Notes under the pieces: generated by a model
What the model saw: the letters and a program-made list of their open reading frames with translations, nothing else
Told to the model about the DNA's origin: nothing
Databases searched by the model: none
Program-made: the position numbers and the translations under genes
NCBI GenBank assembly: GCA_965228475.1
Contig: OZ245817.1
Span: forward strand, 544,001 to 608,000
Origin: Myxococcota bacterium
GTDB taxonomy: Bacteria > Myxococcota_A > UBA9160 > JAFDDA01
Length of the DNA stretch: 64,000 nucleotides
Direction of reading: 5' to 3'
Shown here: one piece after another, positions 9,435 through 18,945 of the stretch
Numbering within the stretch: the first letter of the stretch is position 1
How the letters are laid out: every line of letters starts with the position of its first letter

Positions 9435-10106
9435 ATGGCGGCGGTCTCTCCCACCTCGGAAGCTGCAGGCGCGACGACTTCGGGTTCGATGGCCCAGGGC
9501 TCGCAGGCCCTGCTCGCGTGCCACGAATGCGACGGGCTCGTCCGCGAGCCGCGCCTCGAGGCGGGCACGTCGGCCCGCTGCGCCCGCTGCGGCGGCCTGC
9601 TCGCCCGCGCGCGGCAGGACAGCATCGACCGGACGCTGGCCTTCACCTTCGCCTCGCTCGTGCTGTTCACCCTGGCGAACGTCTACCCGTTCATGAGCTT
9701 CCAGCTCGAAGGCCGAACCCAGGTCTCGACCCTGGCCTCGGGGTCGGTCGAGCTGTGGCAGGCCGGCCTGCCCGAGCTCGGGGTGCTCGTCTTCGCGACG
9801 AGCATCGGCTTCCCGGCGCTCGAGCTCTTCGGCTTGCTCTACGTCCTCCTGCCGCTGCGCTTCGGCCAGCCCGCTCCCCGACACTACGGCCCCGTCTTCC
9901 GCTGGATCCAATCCGTCGGACCCTGGGCCATGCTCGAGGTCTACCTGCTCGGGGTGCTGGTCGCGATCGTGAAGCTCTCGGAGATGGCGACGCTCGTGCC
10001 GGGCATCGCCTTCTGGTCGTTCTGCGGGCTCATCGTGACCACGACCTGCGCCAACGCCACCCTCGACCCGGCGCTCGTCTGGCGGCGCCTCGGGGCCTCG
10101 CGATGA
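9435..10106 (+). CDS. pqiA: Paraquat-inducible protein A (PqiA/LetA), first half-gene
   Basis: Zn ribbon CHECD...CARCG, ANVYPFM, PWAMLEVYLLGVLVAIVKL. Confidence 0.9.
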   Translation: MAAVSPTSEAAGATTSGSMAQGSQALLACHECDGLVREPRLEAGTSARCARCGGLLARARQDSIDRTLAFTFASLVLFTLANVYPFMSFQLEGRTQVSTLASGSVELWQAGLPELGVLVFATSIGFPALELFGLLYVLLPLRFGQPAPRHYGPVFRWIQSVGPWAMLEVYLLGVLVAIVKLSEMATLVPGIAFWSFCGLIVTTTCANATLDPALVWRRLGASR

Positions 10107-10762
10107 GCACCGCGGCGTCGCAGCCGGCGGAGGTCGCCCTGTCGTCCGCCAAGGACGTCGGGCTGATGAGCTGCCACGGCTGCAATCTCCTGCTTCGCGA
10201 GCGCCATGCGGCGCGCGGCGAAACCCTGCGCTGCCCCCGCTGCGAGGCTCCCGTCCACGGCCGCAAGCCCAACAGCCTGCAGCGCACCGCGGCCCTGGTG
10301 GTGACGGCCGCCATCCTCTACGTGCCGGCCAACCTCTTCCCGATCATGACCGTCGTCTCCTTCGGTCGGGGGCAGGCCGATACGATCCTCTCGGGCGTGA
10401 TCCACCTCGCCGAAGCGGGTCTCTGGTCCCTTGCGCTGCTCGTCCTGTTCGCGAGTGTCGTGGTCCCGATGTTGAAGCTCGTGGGGTTGACCTTCCTGGT
10501 GTGGTCGGTCCATCGCCGATGGCGGTGGCGTCCGCGCGACCGTACGCTGCTCTACCGCGTGATCGAAGGCGTTGGGCGCTGGTCGATGATCGACATCTTC
10601 ATGATTTCGATTCTCGTGGCCCTGGTGCAGCTCGGGAACGTCGCGACCATCGAGACCGGCCTCGGGGCCACGTGCTTCGCGGCGGTCGTGGTCGTGACGA
10701 TGTTCGCGTCTATGAGCTTCGACCCCCGCTTGATCTGGGACGTCCTGGAGGAAGATCGATGA
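10103..10762 (+). CDS. pqiA: Paraquat-inducible protein A (PqiA/LetA), second half-gene
   Basis: ATGA overlap; CHGC...CPRC, PANLFPIM, GRWSMIDIF, FDPRLIWD. Confidence 0.9.
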   Translation: MSTAASQPAEVALSSAKDVGLMSCHGCNLLLRERHAARGETLRCPRCEAPVHGRKPNSLQRTAALVVTAAILYVPANLFPIMTVVSFGRGQADTILSGVIHLAEAGLWSLALLVLFASVVVPMLKLVGLTFLVWSVHRRWRWRPRDRTLLYRVIEGVGRWSMIDIFMISILVALVQLGNVATIETGLGATCFAAVVVVTMFASMSFDPRLIWDVLEEDR

Positions 10763-12501
10763 GCGAAGGTTCCGGGCCCCCGGTCGACCCGGTCGAAGCG
10801 GGGGAGGCCGAGGTCGTCAAGCGTGGCGGCTTCTCGATCATCTGGCTGATTCCGGTGCTCGCCCTGCTGATCGGCGGGACGATCTGGTGGCAGGCCGCCT
10901 CGAACCGTGGCCCGGTCGTGACGATCCTCTTCGACGAGGGCGGCGGCATCGAGCCCGGCAAGACCAAGGTGAAGTACCGCGGCCTCGAGGTCGGCGAGGT
11001 GCTCGAGGTCGGCATCCGGGACATTGACACCGTCGAGGTCCAGGCGCAGCTCGGCCCGGGAGCACGGCCCTTCATGACGAGCGAGACCCAGTTCTGGATC
11101 GAGAAGCCGCGCGTGGGCGTGGGAGGGATCTCGGGTCTCGACACGCTCGTCTCGGGCTCCTACATCGCGATCCTTCCCGGGGTCGACGAGGCCGGCGTCC
11201 CGATCGGGCAGCCGAAGACGGAGTTCCGGGGCCTGCTGCGGCCGCCGCTGACCGCCGTCTATCCGAACGCGCTGCGCATCGGGCTCGAGACCGACGACCT
11301 CCGCGGCCTCACCCGCGGCGCCGACCTCCGCTTCCGCGACATCCGCGTCGGCGAGGTCGAGCGCTACGAGATCCACGCGGACGGCCAGGGCGTTCGGGTC
11401 TGGGCGCTCATCGCCGAGGAGTACAAGGACCTCGTGCGCCCGAGCACCGAGTTCTGGAACGCCAGCGGGATCGTCGTCGAGGCGAAGTCCTCGGGGGTGA
11501 AGATCGAGGCCGAGTCCCTGGCGTCGATGCTCGGCGGCGGCATCGATTTCGAGACGCCTCCGGAGGCCTACATCGAGCGTCCCGTCGGCGACGGCGCCAT
11601 CTTCCAGCTCCACCCGACGCGGAGCGCGGCCACCGAGGCCCTCGAGCAGGGCGTCGGCCTGCGCCTGTGGCTCGAGGCGCGGGAGGGCGGGTCGCTCTCC
11701 GATGGCGACGGCGTCTACTACCGCGACATGGAGATCGGCGCCGTCGGGGAGCCGGAGCTCTCCGAAGATGCCCTCACCGTTCGCTACCCGATCCACATCG
11801 CCGAGCGCTTTCGCCCGCTGGTCCGCCGGAACTCGCGCTTCTGGAAGCGCAGCGGCTTCGAGTTCAAGGCGAGCCTGCGCGGCGTCGAGACCAAGGTCGG
11901 CGGGCTGAACACGCTGATCTCGGGGGGCGTGGTGCTCGCCACGCCCGACCGCCCGAGCGACGAGGTCGAGGACGACTCGGTCTTCGTGCTGCACCCGAAG
12001 CCGCGCGAGGGCTGGACCGACTGGAGCCCGAAGATCGTGCTGCGCGAGGTGCACGAGGAGGACCGGCTCCCCCACGTCGTGCGGCTCTATGCCGAGCGGC
12101 CGACCGGGCTGCGCGTGGTGCTCGTCGCGCCGCGTCAGGGGTCGCTCTCGCCCGGAGCGCCGGTCTACTATCGCGACCGGCTGGTCGGAGAGCTCGGCGA
12201 GATCCGCTTCAGCGCGGACGCCCGGAACATCGAAGCCGATGCCTGGATCGACAAGCGCTACGCGACGCTGGTCCGGGGCAATACGCGCTTCTGGAACGCG
12301 AGCGGGATCACCGTCGACGCGGGCATCACCAAGGGCGTGAAGATCCGCACCCAATCCTTCGAGGCGATGATGACGGGCGGGGTTTCCTTCGCCACGCCCG
12401 ACAAGGCCACGGCTCCCGCCGGCGCCGGGGCGCGGTTCACCCTCCACGAGGAGCCGAAGAAGGACTGGCTCAAGTGGTCGCCTTCCCTGCCGCTCCGCTA
12501 G
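10759..12501 (+). CDS. Multi-MCE (MlaD) lipid transport protein, PqiB/LetB family, four MCE domains
   Basis: N-terminal TM SIIWLIP, then four repeats with (Y/F)R(G/D)xxVG and FW(N/K/I) MCE motifs. No C-terminal coiled coil. Confidence 0.88.
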   Translation: MSEGSGPPVDPVEAGEAEVVKRGGFSIIWLIPVLALLIGGTIWWQAASNRGPVVTILFDEGGGIEPGKTKVKYRGLEVGEVLEVGIRDIDTVEVQAQLGPGARPFMTSETQFWIEKPRVGVGGISGLDTLVSGSYIAILPGVDEAGVPIGQPKTEFRGLLRPPLTAVYPNALRIGLETDDLRGLTRGADLRFRDIRVGEVERYEIHADGQGVRVWALIAEEYKDLVRPSTEFWNASGIVVEAKSSGVKIEAESLASMLGGGIDFETPPEAYIERPVGDGAIFQLHPTRSAATEALEQGVGLRLWLEAREGGSLSDGDGVYYRDMEIGAVGEPELSEDALTVRYPIHIAERFRPLVRRNSRFWKRSGFEFKASLRGVETKVGGLNTLISGGVVLATPDRPSDEVEDDSVFVLHPKPREGWTDWSPKIVLREVHEEDRLPHVVRLYAERPTGLRVVLVAPRQGSLSPGAPVYYRDRLVGELGEIRFSADARNIEADAWIDKRYATLVRGNTRFWNASGITVDAGITKGVKIRTQSFEAMMTGGVSFATPDKATAPAGAGARFTLHEEPKKDWLKWSPSLPLR

Positions 12502-12604
12502 GGCTCGATCGTCATCAGCAAAAGTGATCGATAAGATCAAGACAATCCATTGGACTGATCGATGGCCACGACCGATCCTTCCTTCGCAACCGAAGGAGGA
12601 CCCC

Positions 12605-13045
12605 ATGGCCGAAGATCGACGCGTCGAGGCGCTGTCCCGCCTGCTGGCCGACAGCTACACGCTCTACCTGAAGACCCACAACTACCACTGGAACGTGACG
12701 GGGCCGATGTTCACGACCCTGCACACCCTGTTCGAGACCCAGTACAACGACTTGGCGCTCGCGGTGGACGAGATCGCCGAGCGCATCCGCGCGATCGGCG
12801 CTCCGGCCCCCGGGAGCTACGCGGCCTTCGCCGCGCTCACCCGGATCGAGGAGGCGGGCGAGGGAGTGCGCGCCGTGGACATGGTGAAGGATCTCGTCGC
12901 GGATCAGGATGCGGTCACGCAGTCGGCCCGCGCCGTGCTCGAGGCCGCCCAGGCCACGGGCGACGAAGTGTCGGCGGACCTCGCCATCCAGCGCAGCCAG
13001 GTGCACGAGAAGAACGCCTGGATGCTGCGGAGCCACCTCGAGTAG
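12605..13045 (+). CDS. dps: Dps DNA starvation/stationary-phase protection protein
   Basis: LYLKTHNYHWNVTGPMFTTLH, DEIAERIRAIG, HEKNAWML; AAGGAGG SD. Confidence 0.96.
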   Translation: MAEDRRVEALSRLLADSYTLYLKTHNYHWNVTGPMFTTLHTLFETQYNDLALAVDEIAERIRAIGAPAPGSYAAFAALTRIEEAGEGVRAVDMVKDLVADQDAVTQSARAVLEAAQATGDEVSADLAIQRSQVHEKNAWMLRSHLE

Positions 13046-13059
13046 AGGCGGCTCGGAGG

Positions 13060-14430
13060 CTAGCGGCCCTTCGAGAGCCGGCCGATGTCGATGTAGCGGC
13101 GGATCCGCCCCTTGCTGTCGAGGGGCGTTCCGTTGCTGTCCCAGAACTCGATGCGGTTGCCGGTGCCGGTCTGGACGTTCACGATGATGTCCGAGACCAC
13201 GCGCAGGTCGCGCGGCTCCTCGACCTCCTTCCAGCCCGCGTAGTACTCCGGGTCGTCCTCACTCCAGCGCTTGTTGTGCCAGATGATCTTCCACAGCTCC
13301 TCCTTGCGGTCGTAGGCGAAGGAGTAGAGCGGCTTCAGGGTCTCCCGGTCGATGTAGATGTCCTTGTGGTGATACGGGTGATCCTCGTTCTTCGGGATCA
13401 TCCGCACCTTCACGGCCTTGCGCAGCTCCCAGCGGTCGTTGGCGTAGGACAGGCCGTAGGGGCCGAAGTTCACGTCCTTGTTGTAGGGGTAGGCGCGGAT
13501 CCGGCTGTTCATCGGCGCCAGGATCTCCATCTCGCCGAGGCATGCCCACTCGTACTGGGGGACGATGCCGGCGAAGCTCCGCAGGTCGTCGAAGGTGAAG
13601 TCGGTGCCGGAGATGGCGTCGGTCCGCTGGGCCGTCGAGATGCGCCGCACGCGGCGGAGCTGGGGGATGTAGACCCAGGTGTCGTCGTTCTTCGCCTCGG
13701 CGCGCGGCCCGTCGGCGCTCTTGTAGCGGTAGGTCATGAGGTTGATGCCGCGGGCGTCGAAGGGTGCGACCACCTCGATGCCGAAGGCGCCCTTGCGCTT
13801 CTCGCCGCGGAAGAGGTCGCCGTTCTGCTTCTCGATCAGGCTCGGCTCGACGCGGCTCGAGAGCTGGACCGCGCGCCCGGTCCCTTCGTAGTAGAGCGGG
13901 AGCTGCTCGCCGCGGTCCCAGTAGGAGTAGTAGAAGGAGGCCGCCCCGCCGTCGCCGCGCCAGGAGTAGTCGAAGTTCCACATGATCTTCAGGCCGGCTT
14001 CGGGGTCCGTCTTGCAGTCGAGGGTGTCCATGGGGAACGGTGCGCCCGCGGTGTAGTTCTCGAGGCTGCCGTCGGGGCCGATCCGGGCCTGGCCGCGAAA
14101 GCGCTCGGTGGCCGCGAGGTACGCCTCGGCCTGCCGGTAGTCCCGGTGCAGGGGGCCGATCTCGAGTTCCATTCCCTCGAAGAAGAAGAAGTCGCGGTTC
14201 GACCAGAACTCGGGCGGGAGGTAGCGCTGGAGGCGGGCCAGTTGGTCGAAGCCGATGACGTCGCCTTCCTGGAACGCGGGGCCGCCTTGGCCGGCATCTT
14301 CCTGCGCCCGGCTGGCGGGCGCGGCCCCGAACACGAGCATCGCGGCGGCGAGGACGCCGGAAACCAGGGGAGCGTACGATCGGGGCAAAGCGTCTCCTCG
14401 GGCGCACGGCGGGCCCCCGCCCCGCGCCAT
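13060..14430 (-). CDS. DUF1329 family exported protein (LolA-like fold family), paralog 1
   Basis: Signal peptide ending ASRA-QE; YTAGAPFP, DDTWVYIPQLRRVRRIS, YAYDRK-like motif. Start uncertain. Confidence 0.82.
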   Translation of the reverse strand: MARGGGPPCARGDALPRSYAPLVSGVLAAAMLVFGAAPASRAQEDAGQGGPAFQEGDVIGFDQLARLQRYLPPEFWSNRDFFFFEGMELEIGPLHRDYRQAEAYLAATERFRGQARIGPDGSLENYTAGAPFPMDTLDCKTDPEAGLKIMWNFDYSWRGDGGAASFYYSYWDRGEQLPLYYEGTGRAVQLSSRVEPSLIEKQNGDLFRGEKRKGAFGIEVVAPFDARGINLMTYRYKSADGPRAEAKNDDTWVYIPQLRRVRRISTAQRTDAISGTDFTFDDLRSFAGIVPQYEWACLGEMEILAPMNSRIRAYPYNKDVNFGPYGLSYANDRWELRKAVKVRMIPKNEDHPYHHKDIYIDRETLKPLYSFAYDRKEELWKIIWHNKRWSEDDPEYYAGWKEVEEPRDLRVVSDIIVNVQTGTGNRIEFWDSNGTPLDSKGRIRRYIDIGRLSKGR

Positions 14431-14544
14431 TCGCAGTATGATACGGATCTTCGCGGCTCCGGTCGCGGAGCAATCGCCTCACGGCTCCGGTCGTGCGGCC
14501 CCAGTTTCGATCCTTTGTTCGCGGGTTCCGGTGACGGAGGACAC

Positions 14545-15363
14545 ATGACCGCTTCCGGACCGGCCGAGAACCCGGCCCAGGCGGCCTCGGGCGCGGGGCG
14601 AACCGTCGTGGTGACCGGCGCTTCGGCCGGCATCGGCGTGGCGATCGCGCGCGCGCTCGGCGAGCTCGGCTTCACCGTGGCGCTCGGAGCCCGCCGCCGG
14701 GATCGACTCGAACAGGTGGCGAAGGAGGTCGAGGCGGCCGGGGGCCAGGCCTTCGTCCATGAGCTCGACGTCGCCGACGGGGCCTCGGTCGAGGCGTTCT
14801 TCACGGCGCTCGAGGCGGACTTCGGCGCGGCGGATGCCGTCGTGAACAACGCCGGCGTCGACAACCCGGGTGCATTTCACGAGACGGACCCCGCGGAGCT
14901 CGAACGCTCCGTCGCCGTGAACCTGCTCGGGCCCATGTACGTCTGCCGGCGCGCGCTTCCGGCCATGGTCGAGGCGGGGCAGGGCGACCTGGTCTTCATC
15001 TCCTCCCATGCGGCCCGGGAGTACCGCCCGGCCCAGGCGGCCTACGGGGCGACCAAGGCCGGCCTCGAGAACCTGGCCCGGACGCTCGGACTCGAGCTCG
15101 AGGGCACCGGCGTCCGCTCCACGATCGTGCAGGTCGGCGCCACCCAGAGCGAGTTCCACACGAACTGGACGCCCGACCAGATCACCCACCTCTTGAAATA
15201 CTGGAAGAAGTTCGGCGTCCAGCGTCACCTCGCGATGATGCCGCCCGAGAGCGTCGCGCGCGCCGTGGTGCTCGCGCTGACCACGCCGAAGGGGACCCAG
15301 CTCGGGTGCATCGAGGTGCAGCCCGAGGCGCCGCTCGAGAAGCGGGAAGGAGCCGGATCGTGA
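14545..15363 (+). CDS. Short-chain dehydrogenase/reductase
   Basis: TGASAGIG, NNAG, YGATK; GGAGG SD. Confidence 0.92.
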   Translation: MTASGPAENPAQAASGAGRTVVVTGASAGIGVAIARALGELGFTVALGARRRDRLEQVAKEVEAAGGQAFVHELDVADGASVEAFFTALEADFGAADAVVNNAGVDNPGAFHETDPAELERSVAVNLLGPMYVCRRALPAMVEAGQGDLVFISSHAAREYRPAQAAYGATKAGLENLARTLGLELEGTGVRSTIVQVGATQSEFHTNWTPDQITHLLKYWKKFGVQRHLAMMPPESVARAVVLALTTPKGTQLGCIEVQPEAPLEKREGAGS

Positions 15364-16826
15364 GCGGCGGACTGAACCCGGAGGAGCGCAACCTGATCGA
15401 TGGCCGGCTCGTCGGAGCGAGCTCCGGCGCGACCTTCGAGAACGTGAACCCCGCGACGGAAGAGGTGATCGGGGTCTGCGCCGACGGCACGAAGGAGGAC
15501 ATGCAGGCCGCCATCGCCGCGGCGCGGCGCGCCTTCGACGAGACGAGCTGGGCGACCGACGCCGCCTTCCGGGCGCACTGCCTGCGCCAGTTCCATGCGG
15601 CGCTCGAGGAGGCGAAGGAGGAGCTGCGGGCGATCGTCGTCGCCGAGGCCGGTTCGCCGGTGCTCCTGACCCACCACGTCCAGGTGAACGCCTTCATCGA
15701 CGCGATGCCCTACTTCGCCGACCTCGCCGAGAACTACGAGTACGAGCGGGCGATGGAGCCGATCACGTTCATGGGCGCACCGCAGCGGCGCATCCTGCGC
15801 CGCGAGGCCGCCGGCGTCGTGGGTGCGATCACGCCCTGGAACTTCCCGCTCTACCTGAACCTGTGCAAGCTCGGCCCGGCGCTAGCGGCCGGCTGCACGG
15901 TCGTGTTGAAGCCGCCGCCGGACACACCCTGGAGCGCCACGAACCTCGGGCGGCTGCTCGCCGAGAAGACGGACATCCCGGCGGGCGTCGTCAACGTCGT
16001 GGCGAGCGCGGACCACGCGATCGGGGAGCTCCTGACGACGGACCCGCGGGTCGACCTCATCACCTTCACCGGCTCGACCGCGACCGGCCGGCGCATCATG
16101 GAGTGCGCCGCGCCGACGGTGAAGAAGGTCTTCCTCGAGCTCGGCGGCAAGAGCGCGAACATCGTGCTCGACGACGCGCCCTTCGGGCCGGCGATCGGAA
16201 TGGCCGGCACCGTCTGTACCCACGGCGGCCAGGGCTGCGCGATCACCACCCGCATGCTGCTCCCTCGCTCCCGCTACGAAGAGGGCGTCGAGCTCGCGAA
16301 GCAGGCCTTCGAGAACGTGCCCTACGGCGACCCGACGGACCCCGGCAAGCTCCAGGGACCGCAGGTGAGCAAGCGGCAGCAGGAGCGCGTGCTCGCCTAC
16401 ATCGAGAAGGGCAAGCAGGAGGGAGCCCGCTGCATCGTCGGCGGCGGCGTGCCGGCGCACCTTCCGAAGGGCTACTACGTCGAGCCCACGCTCTTCGTCG
16501 ACGTCGATCCGAAGTCGACGATCGCCCAGGAGGAGATCTTCGGGCCGGTCCTCTGCGTGATCCCCTACGAGGACGACGACGACGCCGTGCGCATCGCGAA
16601 CGATTCGATCTACGGCCTCTCCGGCGCGGTCTCGAGCGCGGACGAAGAGCGCGCGCTCGCCGTCGCGCGCCGGATCCGCACCGGGACGCTCTCGGTGAAC
16701 GGCGGCATGTGGTTCAACGAGGACACGCCCTTCGGGGGCTACAAGCAGAGCGGCGTCGGACGCGAGAACGGCGTGCTCGGCTTCGAGGAGTACCTCGAGA
16801 CCAAGGCGATCGGCCTGCCGGGCTAG
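15360..16826 (+). CDS. Aldehyde dehydrogenase family protein
   Basis: GTGA overlap; ITPWNFP, FTGST, LELGGKS, GQGC, EEIFGPV. Confidence 0.95.
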   Translation: MSGGLNPEERNLIDGRLVGASSGATFENVNPATEEVIGVCADGTKEDMQAAIAAARRAFDETSWATDAAFRAHCLRQFHAALEEAKEELRAIVVAEAGSPVLLTHHVQVNAFIDAMPYFADLAENYEYERAMEPITFMGAPQRRILRREAAGVVGAITPWNFPLYLNLCKLGPALAAGCTVVLKPPPDTPWSATNLGRLLAEKTDIPAGVVNVVASADHAIGELLTTDPRVDLITFTGSTATGRRIMECAAPTVKKVFLELGGKSANIVLDDAPFGPAIGMAGTVCTHGGQGCAITTRMLLPRSRYEEGVELAKQAFENVPYGDPTDPGKLQGPQVSKRQQERVLAYIEKGKQEGARCIVGGGVPAHLPKGYYVEPTLFVDVDPKSTIAQEEIFGPVLCVIPYEDDDDAVRIANDSIYGLSGAVSSADEERALAVARRIRTGTLSVNGGMWFNEDTPFGGYKQSGVGRENGVLGFEEYLETKAIGLPG

Positions 16827-16839
16827 CGGGCCCCTTCCG

Positions 16840-17739
16840 TCAGTCGAGCCCGCCCGGGGCGGTGCGCCGCAGGTAGGTGCCGATGCGTTCGATCGCCTGG
16901 CGGCCTTCGGGGAGCAGATCCGCGAAGGCGTGCCAGACGTGCACCATGTCCTCCCAGACCTCGAGCTCGACGTCCGTCCCCGCCGCCTGGGCGCGCTCGG
17001 CGAAGCGCGTCGAATCGTCGAGCAGCACCTCGGCCGTCCCGACCTGGACGAGCAGGGGAGGGAGGCCGGCGAGGTCGGCGAACAGGGGCGAGGCGGTCGG
17101 GTGGTCGCGCCGCCCGCCCGCGTAGGCCTCGGCCATCATGGCGAGACCCTCGCGGCTGACCATCGGGTCCTCCTCGGCCTTGCTCGCGAAGGAGGCGCCC
17201 GAGAGCGTCAGGTCGAGCCACGGTGAGATGCAGACGCCCGCGGCGGGCAGCGCCGTCCCGGTGTCCCGCAGGGCGAGCAGTGCGGCGACGGTGAGCCCGC
17301 CGCCCGCGGAGTCGCCGGCCAGGGAGACGTTCTCGGCGGGGACGTCCGCCTCGAGCACGAATCGATACGCGGCGCAGGCATCCTCCACCGCCGCCGGGTG
17401 CGGGTGTTCGGGGCCGAGCCGGTAGTCCACCGAGAGCACGCGCGAGGCGGTCTCCCGGGCGAGGCGGGTCACGAGCGGGCGATGGCTCTGGATCGAGCCG
17501 ATGGTGTAGCCGCCGCCGTGGAAGTAGACGAGCACGCGGTTCGGCCGCGATTCGGGTGCCACCGTCCACTCGGCCGGGACGCCTCCTGCATCGACGGGTT
17601 CGTAGCGGACGTCACCGGGCCGTTCGAAGCCCGCGGTGATGGCATCCATGCCGGCGCGCATCTCCGGGATCGTCTCGCCCTGGATGGGCGGGTTCGCTCG
17701 GAGCAGGTCGACCACGGTGGTGAGCTCGGGGCTGGGCAT
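16840..17739 (-). CDS. Alpha/beta hydrolase, HSL-family esterase/lipase
   Basis: YFHGGGY, DYRLGPEH, GDSAGG nucleophile elbow, HVWH. Confidence 0.93.
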   Translation of the reverse strand: MPSPELTTVVDLLRANPPIQGETIPEMRAGMDAITAGFERPGDVRYEPVDAGGVPAEWTVAPESRPNRVLVYFHGGGYTIGSIQSHRPLVTRLARETASRVLSVDYRLGPEHPHPAAVEDACAAYRFVLEADVPAENVSLAGDSAGGGLTVAALLALRDTGTALPAAGVCISPWLDLTLSGASFASKAEEDPMVSREGLAMMAEAYAGGRRDHPTASPLFADLAGLPPLLVQVGTAEVLLDDSTRFAERAQAAGTDVELEVWEDMVHVWHAFADLLPEGRQAIERIGTYLRRTAPGGLD

Positions 17740-17776
17740 GCGTGCTCCACGGGCCGCTGCCGCGACCCTCGAAGGT

Positions 17777-18874
17777 TCAGAAGGAGAGGACGGTCCGGAC
17801 GCCACGGCTCTGGCGCAGATCTTCGAGTGCCTCGTTGATCTCCTCGATCGGGCGGGTCCGGGTGAGAAGCGCTTCGAGGTCGATGCGGCCCTGCTGCCAG
17901 AGGGCGATGATGCGCGGGATCTCGCGCAGGGAGTTCGAGGATCCGAGCGTGCAGCCGAGGAGCTTCTTCTCCGAGATCGTGAAGCCGGCGGCGGGGGAGA
18001 TCGTGATGCCTTGGTCGACCGGTGGCGCACCGACGGCGACGACCGTTCCGCCGTTCCGCACCGAGGCCAGGGCCGTCTCGACGAGCTTGGCGTGGCCGGC
18101 TGCCTCGAAGGCGTAGTCGGCGCCGACCCCCGTGAGCGCCATCGTGCGCTCGGTGACGTCTTCCTCCGTGGGGTCGATCAGGTCGGTTGCACCGAGCCGC
18201 TTCGCGAGTTCGCGCCGCTCGGGGACGGGGTCGCTCGCGATGATGCGCGCCGCGCTCGCCACGCGCGCACCCTGCACCACGGAGAGGCCGATTCCGCCGA
18301 GCCCGAGCACCAGCACCGTGGCGCCGGCTTCGACCTCGGCCGTGTTGAGCACCGCGCCGACGCCCGTCTGGACCGCGCAGCCGATCACACACACGACGTC
18401 GAGGGGGACGTCGGGCGCGACCTTCACCGCACCGGTCTCGGGCACGAGCACCTGCGCGCCGAAGGCCGCCAGGTTGATGCCGCGGAAGATCGTCTGCCCG
18501 GCCCGGGAAAGGTGCGTCTGGCCGTCGGGGAACGTGTTGGTCGCGATGCCCGCCATGTTGACGCAGAGGCTGGCTTCGTCGCGCACGCACCAGTAGCAGC
18601 GCCCGCAGGGCGGAACCGCCGTCAGCACGACGGGGTCCCCGGGCGCGAAGCCTTCGACGCCGTCGCCCACGGATTCCACGACGCCCGCCGCCTCGTGGCC
18701 GAGGATCACCGGGACCGCGGCGGGGAACGCGCCGTCGACGACCGAGAGGTCCGAGTGGCACAGGCCGCAGTAGGAGACGTCCACCCGGAGCTGGCCAGGG
18801 CCCGGCGCGTCGATCTCGACGTCGTCGCGCAGGACGAGGGGCTTTCCGACTTCTTCGAGAACCGCGGCCTTCAT
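17777..18874 (-). CDS. Zn-dependent alcohol dehydrogenase (class III-like MDR)
   Basis: CGLCHSD, GHEAAG, structural Zn CGRCYWC...C, GLGGIG. Confidence 0.95.
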   Translation of the reverse strand: MKAAVLEEVGKPLVLRDDVEIDAPGPGQLRVDVSYCGLCHSDLSVVDGAFPAAVPVILGHEAAGVVESVGDGVEGFAPGDPVVLTAVPPCGRCYWCVRDEASLCVNMAGIATNTFPDGQTHLSRAGQTIFRGINLAAFGAQVLVPETGAVKVAPDVPLDVVCVIGCAVQTGVGAVLNTAEVEAGATVLVLGLGGIGLSVVQGARVASAARIIASDPVPERRELAKRLGATDLIDPTEEDVTERTMALTGVGADYAFEAAGHAKLVETALASVRNGGTVVAVGAPPVDQGITISPAAGFTISEKKLLGCTLGSSNSLREIPRIIALWQQGRIDLEALLTRTRPIEEINEALEDLRQSRGVRTVLSF

Positions 18875-18945
18875 CGGACCTCCCGTGGTTTCCAGGTTTC
18901 GGCGCGGCGCCATGATACCGTTCCCGGAACGCGAGGAGTCGATCC

